A DNA stretch of 64,000 nucleotides from Verrucomicrobiota bacterium. Its GTDB lineage: Bacteria > Verrucomicrobiota > Verrucomicrobiia > Opitutales > Cerasicoccaceae. Under the pieces are notes generated by a model, which had not been told where the DNA came from, did no database searches, and worked only from the letters and a program-made list of their open reading frames with translations. A program made the position numbers and the translations under genes. Positions 28,333 to 38,339 of the stretch are shown here, piece by piece. Location of the stretch: positions 1 to 64,000 of the forward strand of contig JBCBUK010000010.1 in assembly GCA_039818205.1 (NCBI GenBank), in the 5' to 3' direction. Numbering within the stretch: the stretch's first letter is position 1; each line of letters starts with the position of its first letter.

Positions 28333-28481
28333 ATGGCGTAAGATTAGTCAGTAAGTCGTTAATCGATAAAGAGATAGAATAAACGTGCACAAAAAGACAC
28401 AAAGAACTTGCGTTCACTAGTCAGTTTGCTTTGATCATGCTAAACAATTTTCAACTATAACCGCTTTTCCACCGAGATATT

Positions 28482-29558
28482 ATGGCCGCAAAGAAATCCG
28501 CCGCAAAGGCATCCGCTGACAAACGTGACGACAAAGCACTCGACCTCGCAATCTCCGCGATCAACAAGCAGTTTGGCGATGGCGCCATCATGAAGCTGGG
28601 CGAGGCAGCCAAGAAGAACATCGATGTTATTTCGACGGGCTCGGTCGCATTGGATTTGGCGCTCGGTGTTGGTGGCCTCCCCCGTGGTCGGATTTGCGAG
28701 ATCTATGGCCCGGAATCTTCGGGTAAAACGACCTTCTGTTTGAGCGTCATTGCCGAGGCTCAGCGCAAAGGTGGCAACGCGGTGTTCGTCGACGTCGAGC
28801 ACGCGCTCGACCCGCGTTATGCAAAGATCGTCGGAGTCGACTTGGAAAATCTCATGGTGGCGCAGCCAGAATCGGGCGAAGATGCCTTGAACATCACTGA
28901 GACACTCATCCGCTCGGGTGCGGTGGATATCATCGTTGTCGACTCGGTAGCGGCTTTGGTCTCCAAGAATGAGCTCGATGGCCAGTTTGGGGATTCGACC
29001 GTCGGTCTGCAGGCACGGATGATGAGTCAGGCGATGCGCCGATTGACGGCCGCGATTAACCGCTCTCATTGCATTGCTCTCTTTACAAACCAGATCCGGG
29101 AAAAGATCGGTGTTATGTTCGGCAGCCCAGAGACCACACCAGGCGGTCGTGCGTTGAAGTTCTTCTCGTCGGTGCGGATGGACATTCGTCGGATCGGCCA
29201 GATAAAGTCAACCGACGGAACGGTTATTGGTAACCGCACGCGCCTCAAGGTCGTGAAGAACAAGGTCGCCCCACCCTTCACCGAGTGTGAGTTCGACATC
29301 ATGTATAATGAAGGGATTTCCAAGACTGGCTCAGTCCTCGACCTCGGCCTGGAGCACAAGCTTCTGGAGAAAAAGGGTGCTTGGATCAGCTACAAGGGCG
29401 ATCTCATTGGCCAAGGTCGCGAGAACGCCAAAGAATACCTTGGCCAACATCCCGAGGTCATGGAGGAGATCACCAGTACGATTCTGGGTAATGTCGAAGT
29501 CCATGGTGGAGATAGTGTTGGCTCTGTTGACGACGATGGCGACGACAAGGATGCATAG
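28482..29558 (+). CDS. recA: Recombinase A
   Basis: [54 protein letters not shown]. Confidence 0.99.
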   Translation: MAAKKSAAKASADKRDDKALDLAISAINKQFGDGAIMKLGEAAKKNIDVISTGSVALDLALGVGGLPRGRICEIYGPESSGKTTFCLSVIAEAQRKGGNAVFVDVEHALDPRYAKIVGVDLENLMVAQPESGEDALNITETLIRSGAVDIIVVDSVAALVSKNELDGQFGDSTVGLQARMMSQAMRRLTAAINRSHCIALFTNQIREKIGVMFGSPETTPGGRALKFFSSVRMDIRRIGQIKSTDGTVIGNRTRLKVVKNKVAPPFTECEFDIMYNEGISKTGSVLDLGLEHKLLEKKGAWISYKGDLIGQGRENAKEYLGQHPEVMEEITSTILGNVEVHGGDSVGSVDDDGDDKDA

Positions 29559-29656
29559 TTCTTTTGCCCCTTTTGGGGGCTTCCGTTCACATTTGTGAAT
29601 GTTTTGTCATAGAATTATCCTTGCCATTTGGCCCTGAATACCTAACATATTCAGGC

Positions 29657-29962
29657 ATGAGCAGCGTCGCCAGCAAGCACCCCTTCCCCGTTGTATCGCG
29701 AGAAAGTGACGTGATACTCCCGGTGCTGCTTGCGCCCAGCCTTTACGTGATCACTAGCTATGCGGTGTTTTGGGGAAGCGGTAGCGTGCTACTGCAGTCG
29801 CCAAACATTATTCTCCTGGTCGGGCTGCTCTCAGTTTTGGTCGGTGCGCGGATGATCTTTCGCCGCAATAGCTCCGAGCCGCGTGACCGTCAGATTTGCT
29901 CGTTCATTGCGCTGGTGATGCTGATCTATCTCCAGCTGCTGTTGCCCCGTTTGTGGGGTTGA
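29657..29962 (+). CDS. Small 3-TM membrane protein
   Basis: Hydrophobic 101 aa. Promoter-like TTGCCA(29621)-16bp-TAACAT(29643) just upstream. Confidence 0.6.
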   Translation: MSSVASKHPFPVVSRESDVILPVLLAPSLYVITSYAVFWGSGSVLLQSPNIILLVGLLSVLVGARMIFRRNSSEPRDRQICSFIALVMLIYLQLLLPRLWG

Positions 29963-30041
29963 GGCAGCTCATTGCTGATCGGTTGGGACTTGCACGCTTT
30001 TTGGCGTGAGTTCTTGGCGCAGGGTGCTTTAATGCCCGCCC

Positions 30042-31400
30042 ATGCCAATGGGAGAAACAATTGTGGCACCTGCCACTCCTTTCGGAGAATCAGCGCTTGC
30101 CGTCGTGCGGGTGTCGGGTCCGTTGTCGGCTGAGTTGGCCAGTAGCTGCTTGAGCGAGAAGCTGGTTGACCGGCCGCGCGAGACGTGCCTGCATGCGTAT
30201 CGAGCCCTCGATGGTTCCGTGCTAGACCATTGTTTGGGGGTCTATTTCTCCGACAAACGAAGCTACACGGGTGAATCCTCACTCGAGCTTTCGCTGCACG
30301 GCAACCCCCTGATTGTCCAGCGGGTGACCGAGGACCTCCTTGCGCGAGGTTGCCGAATGGCCGAACCTGGTGAATTTACGCGCACTGCTTTTCTGAACGG
30401 AAAACTGGACCTGAGCCAGGCAGAAGCCGTCACCGATTTGATCTCGGCGCGTAGTGAGCAGGCTCTGGAAGTCGCTCAGCGACAGCTCGAAGGCTCGGTT
30501 GGTCGGAAGATGGCTGAGTTATCTGATCAATTGCTGGGTGTGATCGCTGCGGTCGAGGCTTACATTGATTTCCCAGAGGAAGACCTTCCACCCGAGGATG
30601 AAGCCGGCCCGGCTGCGTCCTTAGCTGCCCTATCGGCCGAGTTGAATGAGCTGATCGAAACCAGCCATTATAAGACCTTGCTGCACGAGGGCATCAAGAC
30701 GGTGATTATGGGTGAGCCCAATGCTGGTAAAAGCAGTTTGCTCAACGCCCTCATGGGTGAAGATCGCGCGCTGGTGTGCGAGGAACCCGGAACAACCCGC
30801 GATTTCCTTACGGAGCGAGTCATGGTGGGAAAGTATGGCCTCCAGTTGATCGATACCGCCGGCTTGCGGGAAACGGAAGCAGATCTGGAACGTCAGGGCA
30901 TTGCCAAAACACTTTCACAGGTAAAGGCCGCGGACTTTCTGCTGGTGGTGATTGACCGGTCGGTTCCCCCACCCCACTTCCCCGATGAGATTGCTGATCG
31001 CCTGCATGAGCGCCGGGTACTCGTGGTGGAGAACAAAATCGACCTACCGGCCGACGCCGGTAGTGCTCAGGTTTTGCCTGAGCATCCCCGCATCGCTGTG
31101 TCTCTCTTGCAGGGACAGGGCCTAGCGGAGCTCCGCATGAAGATCCAGGAAACCCTTGAAGCCGATCGGATAGTGCCAGCGGCAGATGAGTTGATGGTTT
31201 CAGCGCGCCATGCGAATGCATTGAAACAAGCACGGGAAGCAATCGACGAAGCGCGCCAGCGTTTGCGGGATGATGAGGCGGCTGAGCTCGTTGCTGCCGG
31301 ATTGCGAGATGCGCTGGCCTGCGTTGGCGAAGTGATTGGGAAAGTCGATAATGAAGAGATGCTTGATAAGCTCTTTGCGTCGTTTTGTATTGGGAAATGA
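30042..31400 (+). CDS. mnmE: tRNA modification GTPase MnmE
   Basis: [66 protein letters not shown]. Confidence 0.98.
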   Translation: MPMGETIVAPATPFGESALAVVRVSGPLSAELASSCLSEKLVDRPRETCLHAYRALDGSVLDHCLGVYFSDKRSYTGESSLELSLHGNPLIVQRVTEDLLARGCRMAEPGEFTRTAFLNGKLDLSQAEAVTDLISARSEQALEVAQRQLEGSVGRKMAELSDQLLGVIAAVEAYIDFPEEDLPPEDEAGPAASLAALSAELNELIETSHYKTLLHEGIKTVIMGEPNAGKSSLLNALMGEDRALVCEEPGTTRDFLTERVMVGKYGLQLIDTAGLRETEADLERQGIAKTLSQVKAADFLLVVIDRSVPPPHFPDEIADRLHERRVLVVENKIDLPADAGSAQVLPEHPRIAVSLLQGQGLAELRMKIQETLEADRIVPAADELMVSARHANALKQAREAIDEARQRLRDDEAAELVAAGLRDALACVGEVIGKVDNEEMLDKLFASFCIGK

Positions 31401-33328
31401 AGTCTCCGCTCAAATTTGGTCCAAACGCTCCTTACGATGTTATTGTTTGCGGAGCGGGTCACGCTGGTGTCGAAGCCGCCTTGGCTGCGGCGCGACGTGG
31501 AGCCGATACGCTTCTGTTGACGGGAAACGTCGATACGATCGGCCAGATGAGCTGCAATCCCGCGATTGGGGGCCAAGCTAAGGGCCATATGGTGCGGGAG
31601 ATTGACGCGCTCGGCGGCGAGATGGGGATCAACACCGATACCACGGCGATCCAGTTTCGTCTATTGAATGCGTCGAAGGGCCCCGCAGTCCAGGCGCCGC
31701 GAGCTCAATGCGATAAAAAGGCCTACCAGTTCCGGCTGAAGCATTCCGTAGAGCTCCAGGAGAATCTGACGCTGTTTCAAGCGATGGTTGAGGGGCTGAT
31801 TTTTGAGAGCGGCTCAGTCAAAGGCGTGAATACGAGTTTTGGCATTGAATTCTACGGTAAGTCCGTCGTCGTAACCACCGGCACTTTTTTGCGAGGCCTG
31901 ATGCATATCGGGCAGAAACGCAACGAAGGGGGCCGATTGGGCGACTTTTCGGCCAAAGGGCTCTCGGGGAGTTTCCTGGAGGCGGGGATAGAGCTGGAGC
32001 GCCTGAAGACGGGAACTCCGCCCCGCATCCTTGGTTCGAGTATCGATCTGTCGAAGTGTGAGCGGCAGGCCGGGGATGAAAAGCCAACCTTGTTTGCGTT
32101 TTACGATACGCGGTTCGGCAAATCATTGTTCCACGTGGAACAATCGGATTTGGCGGAAGAGGAGCGGGCGGCATTGTTCCACGTGGAACATGAGGGTCAG
32201 GAGAAGCTGGGCTGGTGGCCAGGAACGGATCAGGTGTGCTGCTGGACGAGCCAGACGACTGTGGCGACGGGTCAAGTCGTGCGCGACAATCTTCATCGGT
32301 CCGCTCTCTATGGGGGTGAGATCGAGGGAGTGGGGCCGCGGTATTGTCCGAGTATCGAAGATAAATACGTGAAGTTTGCCGATAAGCCGACGCACAAGGT
32401 GTTTCTTGAGCCGGAGGGCCGGAACACCGATGAGTGGTATGTCAACGGCATCAGCACGAGTTTGCCGTTCGATGTGCAGCTGGATATGCTGCGCAGTATT
32501 GAAGGTTTGGAGAATGTGGCGATGCTGCGACCGGCCTACGCGGTGGAGTATGACTTTGCACCGCCAACGCAGCTATTCCCGTCGTTGGAATCGAAACGGG
32601 TGGAGAATCTATTTTTTGCGGGGCAGATTAATGGGACGTCTGGCTACGAAGAGGCCGCCGCTCAAGGACTCATCGCTGGCGTAAATGCGGTGGCAAAGGT
32701 CCGAGAGGAGGAGCCGTTGGTGATCGGTCGGGACGAAGCTTATGCTGGGGTTCTGGTGGATGACCTGGTGACGAAGGGAACCAGTGAGCCGTATCGGATG
32801 TTTACCAGCCGAGCTGAGCACCGCTTGATCTTTAATCACGGCAGTGCGGAGATTCGTTTGTTTGAGCACGTTGAGCGGTTTGGCTTGGTGGATGATCAGC
32901 GGATGGCGCGCATGCGTGAGAAGGTGAGGGCGGTTAAGCATTGGACGGCTGAGTTGGAGCGGATTCGTATCCGCGGAGGATTGGCGGGAGATGTAATCCG
33001 TAAGGCGAAGGATTTGGCTGAGGTTGAGTTGGTGCCCAACTTCGAAGCACAGGCGGAGGCGGTTCGCGCTGAGGTGCTTTATCGCGTCCGCTACAAAGGC
33101 TATCTTGACCGGGAGGAGAAGCATATCGCGCGATTGCGGAATTTGGAGAAAGTTAAGATCCCGCAAGGCTTGGATTTCCTTAACATGCGAGGGCTACGGA
33201 AGGAGAGTGCGGTAAAGTTGAATGAGATCCAACCGCGAACACTCGCGCAGGCGAGCCGGATTAGTGGCGTGAATCCAGCGGATATTAGTTTGCTTCTGGT
33301 GGCTCTGCAGACGCGTGAGGGCTCCTAG
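31397..33328 (+). CDS. mnmG: tRNA uridine-5-carboxymethylaminomethyl synthesis enzyme MnmG (GidA)
   Basis: [68 protein letters not shown] overlaps the mnmE TGA (ATGA). Confidence 0.98.
   Translation: MKSPLKFGPNAPYDVIVCGAGHAGVEAALAAARRGADTLLLTGNVDTIGQMSCNPAIGGQAKGHMVREIDALGGEMGINTDTTAIQFRLLNASKGPAVQAPRAQCDKKAYQFRLKHSVELQENLTLFQAMVEGLIFESGSVKGVNTSFGIEFYGKSVVVTTGTFLRGLMHIGQKRNEGGRLGDFSAKGLSGSFLEAGIELERLKTGTPPRILGSSIDLSKCERQAGDEKPTLFAFYDTRFGKSLFHVEQSDLAEEERAALFHVEHEGQEKLGWWPGTDQVCCWTSQTTVATGQVVRDNLHRSALYGGEIEGVGPRYCPSIEDKYVKFADKPTHKVFLEPEGRNTDEWYVNGISTSLPFDVQLDMLRSIEGLENVAMLRPAYAVEYDFAPPTQLFPSLESKRVENLFFAGQINGTSGYEEAAAQGLIAGVNAVAKVREEEPLVIGRDEAYAGVLVDDLVTKGTSEPYRMFTSRAEHRLIFNHGSAEIRLFEHVERFGLVDDQRMARMREKVRAVKHWTAELERIRIRGGLAGDVIRKAKDLAEVELVPNFEAQAEAVRAEVLYRVRYKGYLDREEKHIARLRNLEKVKIPQGLDFLNMRGLRKESAVKLNEIQPRTLAQASRISGVNPADISLLLVALQTREGS
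32127..32142. other. parS: parS centromere-like site 1 (inside mnmG)
   Basis: Perfect TGTTCCACGTGGAACA, extending to the 20-bp palindrome ATTGTTCCACGTGGAACAAT (32125-32144). Matches the canonical chromosomal parS consensus TGTTNCACGTGAAACA/TGTTCCACGTGGAACA. Confidence 0.92.
32175..32190. other. parS: parS centromere-like site 2 (inside mnmG)
   Basis: Second perfect TGTTCCACGTGGAACA, starting 48 bp after the first. Confidence 0.92.
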
Positions 33329-33482
33329 GCGATCACTCGTTTGCACTTTGAGGTGCCTCCCGTTAGCCAGCAATCTGGCTTCGATTTTTGATATTGAAGA
33401 GGCGATTTGGCTTTGATGGCGGTGCGCAGTTTCGGATTCGCTAGTCGATTTTAGCTTCCGAAACGGTGGGTCGGATCGTGCT

Positions 33483-33515
33483 TGTTACAGAAGTGAAACG
33501 CTTGTGTTACGTAGA
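33483..33515 (+). promoter_or_regulatory. Pho-box-like 11-bp-period direct repeats upstream of the response regulator
   Basis: TGTTAC (33483), TGAAAC (33494) and TGTTAC (33505) at exact 11-bp spacing, typical of OmpR/PhoB-family sites. Confidence 0.4.
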
Positions 33516-33659
33516 TTTTTCCTGGCGAGAATAGGGACATAAGTTACTGAATGATAGCATCTTAACTAAATTTTGATAAGGGAATATGTCAAAATTGATG
33601 GCAATCGTAACTTTCATGATTGGCGTGCGTGAAGAATTTGGCGTAGTTCTTGGCATGCT

Positions 33660-34364
33660 ATGACTCAAGATGGTGGAAAACGGATTCTCGTAGTTGATGA
33701 CGAACCAGATGTTACCGAGCTGGTTGAATACAAACTTCGCCAAGCAGGCTATCAAGTCGCTACGATTAACGATCCCCTGTTGATTATGGGCACGGCGCGG
33801 GAGTTCCAACCCGATCTGGTAATCTTGGATATCATGATGCCCGAGCTGAGTGGGATTCAAATTTGCCGGATGTTGCGGGCGGACCCGAGTATGTGTAAGA
33901 TCCCTATCGTTTTCTTAACCGCACGCGGTGAAGCTGAGGATCGAGTCAAAGGATTGGAGACTGGTGCCGACGATTACATCAGTAAGCCATTTGATTCCCG
34001 AGAGCTTCTCCTCCGGGTCACCGCAGTGCTTCGTCGTTTGGACCGTCCTAGCGGGGAGGAAGGTGGTAGCACCTTGACGATTTCTAATGTGGTTCTCGAT
34101 GTTGAGAAGCACCGTCTGACTTTGGCGGGAAGCCCGGTCGAACTCACCGCGACTGAATTCAAGCTCCTTCGATTGCTGATGGAGCGCAAAGGCCGAGTGC
34201 AGAGCCGCGAACACCTTCTCGTTAACGTCTGGAACTATGAAGCGGACATCGAAACGCGGACCGTCGATACTCATATTCGTCGTTTGCGCGAAAAGTTGGG
34301 TGAGGAGTCCAATATTATTGAGACGGTTCGTGGCGTTGGTTACCGGGCAGTCGATGCTAATTAA
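33660..34364 (+). CDS. phoB: OmpR/PhoB-family response regulator (PhoB/PhoP-like)
   Basis: ILVVDDE, LDIMMP, FLTARGEAEDRVKGLETGADDYISKPF, LTATEFKLL, RTVDTHIRRLREKL, ETVRGVGY. Confidence 0.85.
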   Translation: MTQDGGKRILVVDDEPDVTELVEYKLRQAGYQVATINDPLLIMGTAREFQPDLVILDIMMPELSGIQICRMLRADPSMCKIPIVFLTARGEAEDRVKGLETGADDYISKPFDSRELLLRVTAVLRRLDRPSGEEGGSTLTISNVVLDVEKHRLTLAGSPVELTATEFKLLRLLMERKGRVQSREHLLVNVWNYEADIETRTVDTHIRRLREKLGEESNIIETVRGVGYRAVDAN

Positions 34365-34452
34365 TTTGCGTGTGGCTTGATTTTTCGAGCCATTCCCTGT
34401 CGACTATGCGTGATTGCCCAGACGTGTTGGTGCGCGGGACAAAGCCGTAGGA

Positions 34453-35736
34453 ATGACTCTGCTCTGTATCACATTTGCCCTGATTGCCGTGTTCTTTTAT
34501 ATTCGGCTGCGGCGAGTGCGTACTTTGCTCCGTGGTATGGCGAGCAGTCTCGAGGAGCGTCGCCAGTATTTATTTGAGGAAGAGGCTAACTGGGCCAAGG
34601 ACTTGGCCATCGACCGCTTGTCTACTGGAATCAATGGTCTAGTGGCGGAGAACGAGCGTGCCTCGCGGCAGGGCATGGGTTACCTGCGGCAGATTGAAAC
34701 CACGCTGAGTAATCTGACCGAGGCGGTGTTAATTGTCGACGATCGGAGCGCATTGGTTCTTGCCAATGATGCTGCCCGGGAGCTCTTAGATCTGGCGCCT
34801 GATTGTGTGGGTAGACGATTGGATAGTCTGTTGCATAGTGCTGGCTTCCTGGAGTTTATGGAATTGGCTGAGGCTGGTTCGGCTCCCGCTTGGCAGGAGA
34901 TTGAGATCATCAATGATCGTGATAGTTTGTTTGTCGAAGTTGCCGGAGCGAACATCCCAGAAAGCGACGCTGAGGGGCGCCCGCTAACCTTGTTTGTGTT
35001 ACACGATATTACCCGCCTCAAACGTTTGGAAGGCGTGCGGCGGGAGTTCGTCGCCAACGTGTCTCACGAACTGCGAACACCGGTAACCGTGATCAAAGGC
35101 TTTACGGATACCTTGATTGAAGACCACGAGCACCTGAGCAAAGACGAGCAGATTCGCTTTCTGTCGAAGATCGCCAAGAACGTTGAGCGATTGCATTTGC
35201 TCCTGGAAGATCTGCTGACTCTGTCCCGGCTGGAAGGCGATGTCGTGAACCTGAATCGGCAAACGTGTTCTGTACGTAAATTGATCCACGATGTGGCCGA
35301 GAATTTCCTGGCACGCTTGAACCTCGAGATTCAAACCTTGGTGTGCGACCTGGATCCGTCGCTGGACGAAGTTGTCATTGATCCGATTAAGTTCACGCAG
35401 GTCCTACAGAATACTTTGGACAATGCCTTGCGCTACGCGAAGGGATTTTCCCAGATCACGGTGAGAACCCGGCGTGATGGAGCCGCCTTTCTATTAGAGG
35501 TGGAGGACGATGGTTGCGGTATTCCTGAAAAAGACCTACCGCACATCTTCGAGCGCTTTTACCGAGTGGACAAAGGGCGCTCCCGCGAGCTCGGTGGAAC
35601 CGGGTTGGGATTGAGTATCGTGAAGCACGTGGTGCAGCTCCATGGCGGAACGATTGCGGCCCAGAATTTGCCCGACAATGGCTTACGAATTACCTGCCGC
35701 CTGCCGCTTAGACCGGTGGAAGAGTCAGTCGGGTAG
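34453..35736 (+). CDS. phoR: PhoR-like PAS sensor histidine kinase
   Basis: HDITRLKRLEGVRREFVANVSHELRTPVTVIKGF, N-box NTLDNALRY, DDGCGI, IFERFYRVDKGRSRELGGTGLGLSIVKH. Confidence 0.88.
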   Translation: MTLLCITFALIAVFFYIRLRRVRTLLRGMASSLEERRQYLFEEEANWAKDLAIDRLSTGINGLVAENERASRQGMGYLRQIETTLSNLTEAVLIVDDRSALVLANDAARELLDLAPDCVGRRLDSLLHSAGFLEFMELAEAGSAPAWQEIEIINDRDSLFVEVAGANIPESDAEGRPLTLFVLHDITRLKRLEGVRREFVANVSHELRTPVTVIKGFTDTLIEDHEHLSKDEQIRFLSKIAKNVERLHLLLEDLLTLSRLEGDVVNLNRQTCSVRKLIHDVAENFLARLNLEIQTLVCDLDPSLDEVVIDPIKFTQVLQNTLDNALRYAKGFSQITVRTRRDGAAFLLEVEDDGCGIPEKDLPHIFERFYRVDKGRSRELGGTGLGLSIVKHVVQLHGGTIAAQNLPDNGLRITCRLPLRPVEESVG

Positions 35737-35990
35737 GGCGGTTCGATTTTTCTGGCCGAATGATCAAGGTCCGACTACTGTTATTATGTAATTTGACGTA
35801 GCATGAAATTGACGAAACGAGAGGCTTGGAACCGCCGCCGCGAGCGCATCAGAACCTATTTTGGCCTGACGCTTGGGCTTGCGGTTCTTTTCTGGTTTGG
35901 CTCTGCTCCGATTGGCTTCTTCATCGGCCTTCTGTTAGGCTTCGGGTAAATTTCGTTGCGCGTCGTGAAAAACTTCGCTGGCTTCCTGTG

Positions 35991-36593
35991 ATGGTAGCAG
36001 AGGGTTACGCCAAAGCATTAGAAGATCGGTCCAAGCGCATTGAGCAGCTCGGCGAATGGTGCGCCGCACATTTAGTGCCCGCGGAGAAGCGGGTGTTGGA
36101 GATTGGCTGTGGGCATGGTCATTTCCTAACCGCCTACGCGCAGGCGAACCCAACTCAAACGTGCGTCGGCATCGACTTGGTGACCAAGCGGATTGAGAAA
36201 GGAAAGAGTAAGGCCGAAAAACGAGGTTTGGAGCACCTACTTTTTTTGAAGGCAGAGCTCAGTGAGTTCTTGGAGGCATTGCCAACGGGTTTGCAGTTCG
36301 ATCGCGTGTTCATGCTGTTTCCTGATCCGTGGCCGAAAAAGCGTCATCACAAAAACCGCATGATCCAAACGGCGTTTCTTGAACGCTTGGACGAGATTAC
36401 CTTACCGAACGCCGATTTCTGTTTTCGCACTGATCACGAAGGTCTTTTTGAATGGACCGTTGAGCATATCAATGACAGCGAGCACTGGGCCATCGATTCG
36501 GAGGCCGCTTGGCCGCTTGAGGAGCGATCCTACTTTCAAGATCTCATGGATTCGTGGCAGTCACTGGTCGCGCGCAAGCAGGGTAAGGCCTAA
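35991..36593 (+). CDS. trmB: tRNA (guanine-N7)-methyltransferase
   Basis: LEIGCGHGHFL, FPDPWPKKRHHKNR, FRTD. Confidence 0.92.
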   Translation: MVAEGYAKALEDRSKRIEQLGEWCAAHLVPAEKRVLEIGCGHGHFLTAYAQANPTQTCVGIDLVTKRIEKGKSKAEKRGLEHLLFLKAELSEFLEALPTGLQFDRVFMLFPDPWPKKRHHKNRMIQTAFLERLDEITLPNADFCFRTDHEGLFEWTVEHINDSEHWAIDSEAAWPLEERSYFQDLMDSWQSLVARKQGKA

Positions 36594-38200
36594 CCGGGCA
36601 ATTGGAACGGGACTGACTTGGTCGCGTCGGCATGGGGCGCTGGCATATCCTTGAGCTTGGCGCGGATCTCGAACAAATCGGTTCGCCGGTCCTGTCTTGG
36701 TCGGACAGCACCGGAGTTGCGGGCTCGGTGCAAGTCATCAATATCGAGATCGGTGATGAGCAGGGTTTCGACGTTTGAGTCTGCTATCGCCTGAATTCCG
36801 TCGCGGGTAAATTCGAAATCGCTGGGTGTGTAGACCGCAGCTTGCCCGTAGTGGATATCCATTGCTGGAACACTTGGGAGATTGCCAACGATGCCCGCTG
36901 TGACCACGTAAATCTGGTTCTCGATGGCCCGCGCTTGCGCGCAATATTTGACTCGCAGATGCCCCTGGCGATTGTCGGTGCAGTAGGGGACAAAAATAAT
37001 CTCGCAGCCAAGATCCGCCAGGTAGCGGGTGGCTTCGGGAAACTCGATGTCATAACAGATCTGCACGCCGATTTTGGCTTTGGGCGTATCAACAACGTAG
37101 AGTTCGCTGCCGCCAGAGATGCCCCAATATTTTCGTTCGGCTGGCGTGATGTGCAACTTGGGCTGCGCGATGTGTTCACCATCGGGGGAAAATACGAGGC
37201 TTTTGTTGTAGAGTTTGCTGGGCTCATCGTCGTCGGGAATCGGGTGGCTGCCGGCGATCAGGTAGCACCCATACTTTCGGGCCAGACCCGACATCAGTTC
37301 GATGAATGGTTTGCGCAGATCGGCCAGGCGCCGGATGCCCTCCAGCGACGCGAGCTTTGGCATGGTCGAAAGGAGTTGCACCGAAAAGAACTCGGGGAAC
37401 ACGACGAACTCGCTCGAGTAGTCGGCGGCGGTTTCGACAAAGTATTCGGTTTGCGCGGCAAAGTCTTCGAACGAATCAATGCCGCGAACTTGATACTGGA
37501 CGCAAGCTACGCGCACTTTGCTCGACTGGCCGTCTTCTGGTGCCTCGTAGTCAGGGTTCAGCCATTCAATCAAGCTTGCATTGTTGAGGCTGTTGGGGTC
37601 TGGCAAGTAATTGTTTAAGATATCGCGGAGCACGAAGCCTTCCCGCAATTGGAAGCTGAGCACAAGGTCCTGGATCTCGCCGGCCTCAACCCGGCGCGCA
37701 TATTCATCCGGCGACATGTTTTCCGCGTGCTCGCGATAATTCCAAAGACGTCCTCCCGCGAGGATGCGCCGGAGGTTCAGCTCCTGGCAAAGCCGACGTC
37801 GTGCTTCATAGAGTGCGGCGCCCACTCCGCCTCCGCGGTAGTCGGGGTCGACATAGACATCGGCTCCGTAAAGGGTGTCGCCCCGTGGATCATGGTTGTG
37901 GAAGTAGCCGCCATCGGTGATGCCGGTGTAGGTGTGCGGGCGAAGAGGCTCGGATCCTAAGTCGACAATCAAACTGCAAACCGCACCCACGATGGTGCCT
38001 TCCACTTCGGCGAGTAACTGGCCTTGAGGAAAGTAATGCAGGTGGCTGAGCAGGTGTCCCTCCTGCCAGACGACATTCTCTTCGGCGAGCAGGGGGTATG
38101 CTTTCTTGTTCAGGCGAACGAGTGCCGGGATATCCGCGCGAGTTACCTGGCGAATGAGGATGGCTTTGCCGTTTTTACTGGTGACCGTGAAGGGCTGCAT
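36590..38200 (-). CDS. Bifunctional GNAT N-acetyltransferase / carbon-nitrogen hydrolase
   Basis: N-terminal GNAT (LYGADVYVDPDYRGGGVG...AGGRL); nitrilase triad FPEFF / QPKLH / ICYDIEFPE; ARAIENQ. Confidence 0.93.
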   Translation of the reverse strand: MQPFTVTSKNGKAILIRQVTRADIPALVRLNKKAYPLLAEENVVWQEGHLLSHLHYFPQGQLLAEVEGTIVGAVCSLIVDLGSEPLRPHTYTGITDGGYFHNHDPRGDTLYGADVYVDPDYRGGGVGAALYEARRRLCQELNLRRILAGGRLWNYREHAENMSPDEYARRVEAGEIQDLVLSFQLREGFVLRDILNNYLPDPNSLNNASLIEWLNPDYEAPEDGQSSKVRVACVQYQVRGIDSFEDFAAQTEYFVETAADYSSEFVVFPEFFSVQLLSTMPKLASLEGIRRLADLRKPFIELMSGLARKYGCYLIAGSHPIPDDDEPSKLYNKSLVFSPDGEHIAQPKLHITPAERKYWGISGGSELYVVDTPKAKIGVQICYDIEFPEATRYLADLGCEIIFVPYCTDNRQGHLRVKYCAQARAIENQIYVVTAGIVGNLPSVPAMDIHYGQAAVYTPSDFEFTRDGIQAIADSNVETLLITDLDIDDLHRARNSGAVRPRQDRRTDLFEIRAKLKDMPAPHADATKSVPFQLPG

Positions 38201-38339
38201 ACTTGCGGAAAATCACCGAAAGTCCGTGAAAATGCAAGCGAGCTTCACTGGGAAGTCGCTGCGGAATTGTAATTGCTTTGTCCGGTAGCGGAACATCGCT
38301 GAGTGACGTCAGTCCAGATGTGCAGGAGCTATTTACTCT

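Noticed and set aside
32127..32190. The palindromes as Verrucomicrobia LexA boxes (TGTTC-N4-GAACA)
   Set aside because: The spacer is 6 bp (CACGTG) and the sites are intragenic; they match parS exactly.
33329..33659. Intergenic region after mnmG as oriC (by analogy to E. coli gidA)
   Set aside because: No DnaA-box cluster seen; better explained as the promoter of the two-component system.
35826..35990. N-terminal extensions in the ORF track (trmB; also 4207, 14305, 43281, 46373, 60211)
   Set aside because: Upstream in-frame alternative starts without homologous-looking sequence; downstream ATGs fit the families better.
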